Shown here: positions 58,508 to 64,000 of the stretch, piece by piece
Numbering within the stretch: position 1 is the first letter of the stretch
Layout of the letters: each line of letters begins with the position of its first letter
Assembly: GCA_963666515.2 (NCBI GenBank)
Contig: OY762897.2
Location: forward strand, 1,184,001 to 1,248,000
Reading direction: 5' to 3'
Source: Candidatus Binatia bacterium
GTDB taxonomy: Bacteria; Desulfobacterota; Binatia; UBA9968; JAJDTQ01
DNA length: 64,000 bases
Program-made: the position numbers and the translations under genes
Notes under the pieces: generated by a model
The model's database searches: none
Told to the model about the DNA's origin: nothing
What the model saw: only the letters and a program-made list of their open reading frames with translations

Positions 58508-59068
58508 ATGATCAACGCGACGCAGCTTCGGAACGGCATGATCATCATCTACGAGGGAGACCTCTACCGGGTCACCGCTGTCAAGCACCTGACGCCCGGC
58601 AAGGGCCACGGCTTCATGCAGACGAAGCTCAAGAACCTGCGGACCGGGGTCGGCACCGAGCACAAGTTCCGCTCCGAGGAGAGGGTCGACCGGGCCACCC
58701 TGGAGAGCCGCGAGATGCAGTATCTCTACGCCGAGGACGACCGTCACACCTTCATGGACACGGAAAGCTACGAGCAGACCGAGCTTTCGTCCGACGACGT
58801 GGGGGACATCCTGCCGTTCCTCCTGCCGACCCAGGTGGTGACCGTGGAGCTGTTCGACGGCAGTCCGGTGGGGGTGAGCCTGGGTTCGGCGGTGGAGCTT
58901 GAAGTGGTGGAGACCGAGCCGTCCATGAAGGGAGCCACCGCGTCGGCCTCCTACAAGCCCGCCACGCTTGAAACCGGCGTGACGGTCCAGGTACCGCCGT
59001 TCATTCAGATCGGCGACCGGATTCGGGTGGATCCGTCAGAAGGAAAATATATCGAGCGGGCGAAGTAG
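58508..59068 (+). CDS. efp: Elongation factor P
   Basis: TPGKG loop, KPATLETG, VPPFI. Confidence 0.95.
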   Translation: MINATQLRNGMIIIYEGDLYRVTAVKHLTPGKGHGFMQTKLKNLRTGVGTEHKFRSEERVDRATLESREMQYLYAEDDRHTFMDTESYEQTELSSDDVGDILPFLLPTQVVTVELFDGSPVGVSLGSAVELEVVETEPSMKGATASASYKPATLETGVTVQVPPFIQIGDRIRVDPSEGKYIERAK

Positions 59069-59654
59069 CCGCGACGGCTTCCCACACCCTCGCCACCGTC
59101 CTTTCGAGGTCGGCGAGGGCGCCGTCGTTGTCGATGACGAAGTCGGCGAGCCGGCGTTTTTCCGCCAGCGGCATCTGCGCCTCGAGGTGCCGCTGGATCG
59201 CGGCGTCGTCGAGACCGTCCCGCCGGCGCAGCCGCTCCTCCTGGATGTCGCGCCGGCACGCCACCAGCATGACCGGACGCAGCCAGTGGTGGATCTTCGC
59301 CTCGAACAGCAGCGGCGCGTCGTAGATGACGAACTCGTGTTCCCGGGAGTGCTCGACGATGCGCTGTCTCGCCAGGGCGCGGATGCGCGGGTGGGTGATG
59401 GCGTCCAGGCGCTTGCGCCGGTCCGGGTCCTGGAAGATGACGCCGCGGATGTGCGCGCGGTCGAGGGTGCGGTCTTCCCGGAGCGCCTCCGGGCCGAACA
59501 GCTCGACGATCTCCCGCCAGGCCTCCCGGTCGGGCTCGACGATCTCCCGCGCCAGCCGGTCGGCGTCGACGATGGCGGCGCGGTCGCTCAGGATGGCCGA
59601 TACCGTGCTCTTGCCGGTGGCGATGCCTCCGGTCAAGCCGAGGACCTTGGCCAT
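59001..59654 (-). CDS. coaE: Dephospho-CoA kinase
   Basis: GLTGGIATGKSTV, ITHP, DAPLLFE, ADFVIDN. Confidence 0.94.
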   Translation of the reverse strand: MAKVLGLTGGIATGKSTVSAILSDRAAIVDADRLAREIVEPDREAWREIVELFGPEALREDRTLDRAHIRGVIFQDPDRRKRLDAITHPRIRALARQRIVEHSREHEFVIYDAPLLFEAKIHHWLRPVMLVACRRDIQEERLRRRDGLDDAAIQRHLEAQMPLAEKRRLADFVIDNDGALADLERTVARVWEAVAATSPARYIFLLTDPPESGRRSE

Positions 59655-59766
59655 GTCACGCCTCGCGGGAGTCGGGTGTCCGGGACATCATGGGCTAATC
59701 TCGTAGCAAGTCCGGGATGCCGCGGCAACCGCGTCGAACGGGACGGAAACGGAGCGGGTGGACAGC

Positions 59767-60879
59767 ATGAAAGTGCCGCTGCTGGACCTGAAGGCCCAGT
59801 ATGAAAGCATCCGGGAGGAGATCGACGAGGCCGTCCTGAGGGTCTGCGCCTCCCAGCGCTTCATCCTGGGTCCGGAGGTGGCGGAGTTGGAGAACGAGGT
59901 CGCCGCCCGCACGGGCGCGCGGTTCGCCGTGGGGGTGTCGTCCGGCACCGACGCCTTGCTGGTGTCGTTGATGGCCCTGGGCATCGGACCCGGCCATGAA
60001 GTGATCACCTCCGCTTACTCGTTCTTCGCCAGCGCCGGCGTCATCGTGCGGCTGGGCGCGCGGCCGGTCTTCGTCGACATCGACCCGGACACGTTCAACA
60101 TGGATACGGCGGCGGTGGCGGCGCGCATGACCGAGCGCACCCGGGCCATCATGCCCGTCCACCTCTTCGGCCGCAGCATGGACCTGGACCCCATCCTGGA
60201 GCTGGCCGGGCAAGCGGGCGTCGCCGTAGTGGAGGACGCCGCGCAGTCCTTCGGCGCCGCCGATGCCCGGGGCAGGGCGGCGGGGACCGTGGGCGCCGCG
60301 GGCTGCTTCTCCTTCTATCCCAGCAAGAATCTCGGCGCCTTCGGCGACGGCGGCATGGTGGTCACCGGCGACGAGGAGCTGGCCGCGCGCATCCGCATGC
60401 TTCGGGTCCATGGGGAAGCGCCCAAATACCATCACCAGCTCGTCGGCGGGAACTTTCGCCTGGACAGCCTCCAGGCCGCGGTCCTGCGGGTGAAGCTCGG
60501 TCACATCGACGAATGGACCGAGGCGCGGCGCCGGGCCGCGCGGCGCTACCGGGAGCTTCTCGAAGACGAGGCGTCCGCGGAACGCCTGGTCCTCCCCCGG
60601 GACTGTCCCGGCCACGTCCACAACCAGTTCGTCATCCGCTCGCCGGAGCGCGACCGCCTGCGGGCCTTTCTGACCGACGGGGGCGTCGGCACGGAGGTCT
60701 ACTACCCGTTGCCGCTGCACCTTCAGGAATGTTTCGGCTCGCTGGGCTACGGCGCAGGGGACTTCCCGCACGCCGAGGCCGCGGCGCGGTCCTCGCTGGC
60801 CCTGCCCATCTATCCCGAGATCACGCTGTCCCAGCAGCAGCACGTCTGCGGGCAGATACATGGGTTCCTCGAAAGCTGA
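59767..60879 (+). CDS. DegT/DnrJ/EryC1/StrS family aminotransferase
   Basis: [27 protein letters not shown]. Confidence 0.93.
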   Translation: MKVPLLDLKAQYESIREEIDEAVLRVCASQRFILGPEVAELENEVAARTGARFAVGVSSGTDALLVSLMALGIGPGHEVITSAYSFFASAGVIVRLGARPVFVDIDPDTFNMDTAAVAARMTERTRAIMPVHLFGRSMDLDPILELAGQAGVAVVEDAAQSFGAADARGRAAGTVGAAGCFSFYPSKNLGAFGDGGMVVTGDEELAARIRMLRVHGEAPKYHHQLVGGNFRLDSLQAAVLRVKLGHIDEWTEARRRAARRYRELLEDEASAERLVLPRDCPGHVHNQFVIRSPERDRLRAFLTDGGVGTEVYYPLPLHLQECFGSLGYGAGDFPHAEAAARSSLALPIYPEITLSQQQHVCGQIHGFLES

Positions 60880-60912
60880 CGACCGATGAGTCCTTTGTGC
60901 TATAGTCCCGGC

Positions 60913-62724
60913 ATGGCCTATCGAAGTCTTGCGGATCTCTTTCTGTCCCACGCGGAGGCGCGGCAGGAGCGTGTGATGTACCGTTTCTGGCGCGACGGCC
61001 GCTGGTGCGACCAGACCTGGGCGGAGGCGGCCGCGGAGGTGGAGAGCATCGCCCTGGGACTCTTGGCTGCGGGCGTGCGCAAGGGCGACCGCGTGGCCGT
61101 GTTCGCCCCCAATCGCGTGGAGTGGTGCCTGCTGGACTGGGCGAACATCTGCATCGGCGCTCTGACCGTGCCCCTTTACGCCTCCAACACGCCGGCCCAG
61201 GTTCAATACATCGTGCGGCATTCCGAGGCCGCGGTGCTGGTGGTGGATTCCCGGGCCGCGCTGGAAGCGCTGGACGTCTCGTCGCCGGCGCTGGCGTCGG
61301 TCAGGACCAGGGTGCTGCTGGACGCGGAGGACGCGGGCGCGGAAGACGGCGAGGCGGTTCCGGGTACGGTGTCGCTGGAACGGATGAAGGCCATGGGGAG
61401 GGATTACGGCAAGGAGCATCCGGGGGCGTTCCGCGAGTCCGCGGCGGCGCTGGAGTCCGGGGACGATCTCACCATCATCTACACCTCCGGCACCACGGGC
61501 GAGCCCAAGGGCGTCGTCACCACCCACGGCCACTACCTTTTCGTCATTGCGGCGGCACTGGACGCCATTCCGTTCGGCGAGGACGCCGTGGCGCTTCAGT
61601 TCCTCCCCCTGGCTCATTCGTTCGGCCGCCTGGAGCATTTCGTGGCCGCGGCCCGGGGCTACCTGTGCGCGTTCGCCCGTTCCATCGAGACCCTTTCGGC
61701 GGACCTGCAGGCGGTCAGGCCGACCGTGCTGTTCTCGGTTCCCCGCGTGTACGAGAACGCCCACCGGCGCATCCTCAACCGGGTCGAGAGCGGCAGCCCC
61801 ATCCGCCAACGGCTGTTCCACTGGGCGGTGGGCGTGGGCAAGCAATACAGCGACCGGGCTCGCAGGGGCGAGAGCATCGGCTTGTGGCTGCGGTTGCGGC
61901 ATCGGCTGGCCGACCGCCTGGTGCTCTCCAAGGTCCGCGAGGGCATGGGGGGACGGCTGTGGCTGGCCATATCCGGCGGCGCGTCGCTCTCGGATCCCAT
62001 CGCCGATTTCTTCCAGGCCATGGGCATCTGGATCGTGGAAGGGTACGGGCTGACGGAGACTTCCACCGCGACTCACGTGAACCGGTTGGACCGCTACCGT
62101 GTGGGCACCGTGGGGCTGGCCCTGGAGGGGGTGGAGTGCCGCATCGCCGATGACGGCGAGATCCTGATCCGTGGCGCCAGCGTCATGAAGGGCTACTTCA
62201 AGGACCCGGCCGCGACCCGCGAGGCCATCGACGAGGACGGGTGGTTCCACACCGGTGACGTGGGCCAGATCGAGGACGGCGGGTTCCTGCGCATCACCGA
62301 CCGCAAGAAGGACCTCATCGTGACCTCCGGCGGCAAGAACGTGGCTCCGCAGATGATCGAGAACCATCTGCGGGAGGAACCGCTGATCAGCCAGGCCATG
62401 GTGTGGGGCGACAGGACCAGCCACCTGGTGGCGCTGGTCACGCTGGACCGCGACGAGGTCGCGCGCTGGGCGGAAAAGGAAGGGGTCGAGCTGGGGAGCG
62501 GGGAAGACGCGGCCGCGGACCCCCGGGTGGCCGACTGCCTGCGGCAGCGGATCCGCGAACGCAACCGGGAGCTGGCGCCTTTCGAGGCGGTCCGCGACTT
62601 CCGCATCCTGCCCGGGGACTTCTCCATCGACACGGGCGAACTGACCCCCAGCATGAAGCTGAAACGCCGGATCGTGCTGGAGCGCCACGGGGAACTGCTG
62701 GAGGAGATGCTGAAGCAGCGTTGA
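60913..62724 (+). CDS. Long-chain fatty acid--CoA ligase
   Basis: YTSGTTGEPKG, GYGLTE, WFHTGD, DRKKD, GGKNVAP. Confidence 0.93.
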   Translation: MAYRSLADLFLSHAEARQERVMYRFWRDGRWCDQTWAEAAAEVESIALGLLAAGVRKGDRVAVFAPNRVEWCLLDWANICIGALTVPLYASNTPAQVQYIVRHSEAAVLVVDSRAALEALDVSSPALASVRTRVLLDAEDAGAEDGEAVPGTVSLERMKAMGRDYGKEHPGAFRESAAALESGDDLTIIYTSGTTGEPKGVVTTHGHYLFVIAAALDAIPFGEDAVALQFLPLAHSFGRLEHFVAAARGYLCAFARSIETLSADLQAVRPTVLFSVPRVYENAHRRILNRVESGSPIRQRLFHWAVGVGKQYSDRARRGESIGLWLRLRHRLADRLVLSKVREGMGGRLWLAISGGASLSDPIADFFQAMGIWIVEGYGLTETSTATHVNRLDRYRVGTVGLALEGVECRIADDGEILIRGASVMKGYFKDPAATREAIDEDGWFHTGDVGQIEDGGFLRITDRKKDLIVTSGGKNVAPQMIENHLREEPLISQAMVWGDRTSHLVALVTLDRDEVARWAEKEGVELGSGEDAAADPRVADCLRQRIRERNRELAPFEAVRDFRILPGDFSIDTGELTPSMKLKRRIVLERHGELLEEMLKQR

Positions 62725-62734
62725 GCGGGAAGGG

Positions 62735-62810
62735 TGGAGGCGGCGGGCGGATTCGAACCGCCGCATGGAGGTTTTGCAGACCTCTCCCTTAACCACTTGG
62801 GTACGCCGCC
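62735..62810 (-). tRNA. tRNA-Cys (anticodon GCA)
   Basis: Minus strand GGCGGCG..GAGGT-CTGCAAA-ACCTC..GGTTCGAATCC..TCCA. Confidence 0.95.
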
Positions 62811-63002
62811 CGGTAGAACCTTTGTGTCTAACACACACCGCCGTGGTTTTTCAAGCTGAGCCGGGACGTTGAAGTAACTTGAAAAATCAACTATTTTTGA
62901 CGTTCGAGAGGTAGTCACACCCGATCGGCGGGCGGCGCGGGGAGCTTTGCTCCTCATGGCGCGGCCGCGTCCGTCCCGGATTCGTTTCAGGAGCGTTCTG
63001 CC

Positions 63003-64000
63003 ATGGCCACCATGATAACCGAAGAGTGCATCAACTGCGGCGCTTGCGAACCGGAATGTCCCAACGAAGCCATCACCCAACAGGATGACCTGTACGTCAT
63101 CGACCCGGTGCTGTGCACTGAATGCGTCGGGTTTCACGACTACGAGGCGTGCGCCGCGGTCTGTCCGGTGGACTGCTGCGTGACGGATCCCAACAACGTC
63201 GAGCCCGAGGGCGTGCTCATCGACCGGGCGAGGGAGCTGCACCAGGACGTCGATTTCGGCGAGGTCTTCGAATCCCGTTTCCGTACGTCGGAGGGCGCGC
63301 CCGAAGCCGCGGAGGCCCCGGCCGCGCCGGCAGCCGCTCCGGTGGCGGAGGCCGCCAACGGCGCTGCCGTGCCCGCCCCGGCTCCCGCCGCTCCGATGGC
63401 GGCGCCGGCCGCACCGCCGCCGGTAGCCGCGGTCGCCGCCGCAGTAGAGGAGGAGCTCGAGGAAGAGGAGCCCCCGCGGGAGCCCAAGACGTTCCCCGGG
63501 CAGCTACCCATGGGCTTCGAGGACCTGGTTCAGCGGATACAGACCAGCGAATCGGGCCTGCTGCGCATGACGGTGCTCCTGCTTCAGCCGCTGCTCGGCG
63601 CCTTGCCACGGGCGTCGCGGGACGACTTGGCGGAATTGACCGGCCGCCCTTACTTCGTGGAGGGCGCGGCGGTCTCTCTCAACATGATCCTCAACATGAT
63701 CCTCTATCCGGTGGTGTTCATGGCCGCGGGCATCGGCGTGGAAGGACTGGGCCTGGCCTTCGACAAGGGCGTCAACCTGTACATCCTGGCAGGCTTCCTG
63801 GTGTCGCTGGCGGAGGTACTGTACCGGCTGCGCCATAGCGTCTTCCGCGCCGTGCCGGTGGAGCAGGTCGCGGTGAGCGCGGCCCTCTACGGCGTTCCGA
63901 TGGCGATCCTCCTGCGGCCGGTGTCGTCGCATCGGGGGAAGCTGCTGCGGAGGATTCCCGTGCCCGTCGAGGGGTTCTACGACTCCAGGTTCGTGGAGAA
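63003..64000 (+). CDS. YfhL-type 2x[4Fe-4S] ferredoxin fused to Ala/Pro linker and membrane domain, 3'-truncated by window
   Basis: MATMITEECINCGACEPECPNEAI..CTECVG..CAAVCPVDCC; frame stays open to the window end (absent from ORF track). Confidence 0.85.
   Translation, partial: MATMITEECINCGACEPECPNEAITQQDDLYVIDPVLCTECVGFHDYEACAAVCPVDCCVTDPNNVEPEGVLIDRARELHQDVDFGEVFESRFRTSEGAPEAAEAPAAPAAAPVAEAANGAAVPAPAPAAPMAAPAAPPPVAAVAAAVEEELEEEEPPREPKTFPGQLPMGFEDLVQRIQTSESGLLRMTVLLLQPLLGALPRASRDDLAELTGRPYFVEGAAVSLNMILNMILYPVVFMAAGIGVEGLGLAFDKGVNLYILAGFLVSLAEVLYRLRHSVFRAVPVEQVAVSAALYGVPMAILLRPVSSHRGKLLRRIPVPVEGFYDSRFVE

Noticed and set aside
62735-62810. tRNA-Cys as an island integration site
   Set aside because: No duplicated tRNA 3' end or integrase seen; flanked by ordinary genes
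62847-62886. TTTTTCAAG..CTTGAAAAA inverted repeat upstream of tRNA-Cys
   Set aside because: Short and plausibly just divergent -35-like hexamers; no further support

Overview
High-GC bacterial chromosomal window; gene content and order suggest a Deltaproteobacteria/Binatota-like organism, possibly host-associated (inference). It is mostly housekeeping: pheA-hisC-tyrA-aroA-cmk-rpsA-ihfB, an AAA+/VWA pair, mutS-amidase-glnD-xerD-S2P-trpS-scpAB-rluB, tRNA-Ser/SRP RNA/dnaX-ybaB-recR, metF, efp, coaE and tRNA-Cys. The most notable signals are: (1) a peroxiredoxin whose peroxidatic Cys codon is an in-frame TGA followed by a SECIS-like hairpin (probable selenoprotein, split by the ORF track). It lies next to a LysR regulator, a LysR-type operator/promoter and a PhnCDE-like ABC importer resembling the putative selenate transporter family, together a candidate selenium uptake/sensing module. 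(2) An ERG4/ERG24-type sterol reductase inserted behind tRNA-Ser. (3) A hydantoinase/Mo-hydroxylase operon ending in a COG0523 GTPase with an extra Cys-rich C-terminal domain. (4) A ~5 kb accessory islet at the 3' end of a UbiD-family gene: an Rpn gene with an apparent intragenic small-protein start, bracketed by a ~258-bp direct repeat, then TA and IS remnants, a DUF4238-like gene and a SLATT-like gene. (5) A ferredoxin-linker-membrane fusion running off the right end. All calls come from reading the sequence; no database searches were run.
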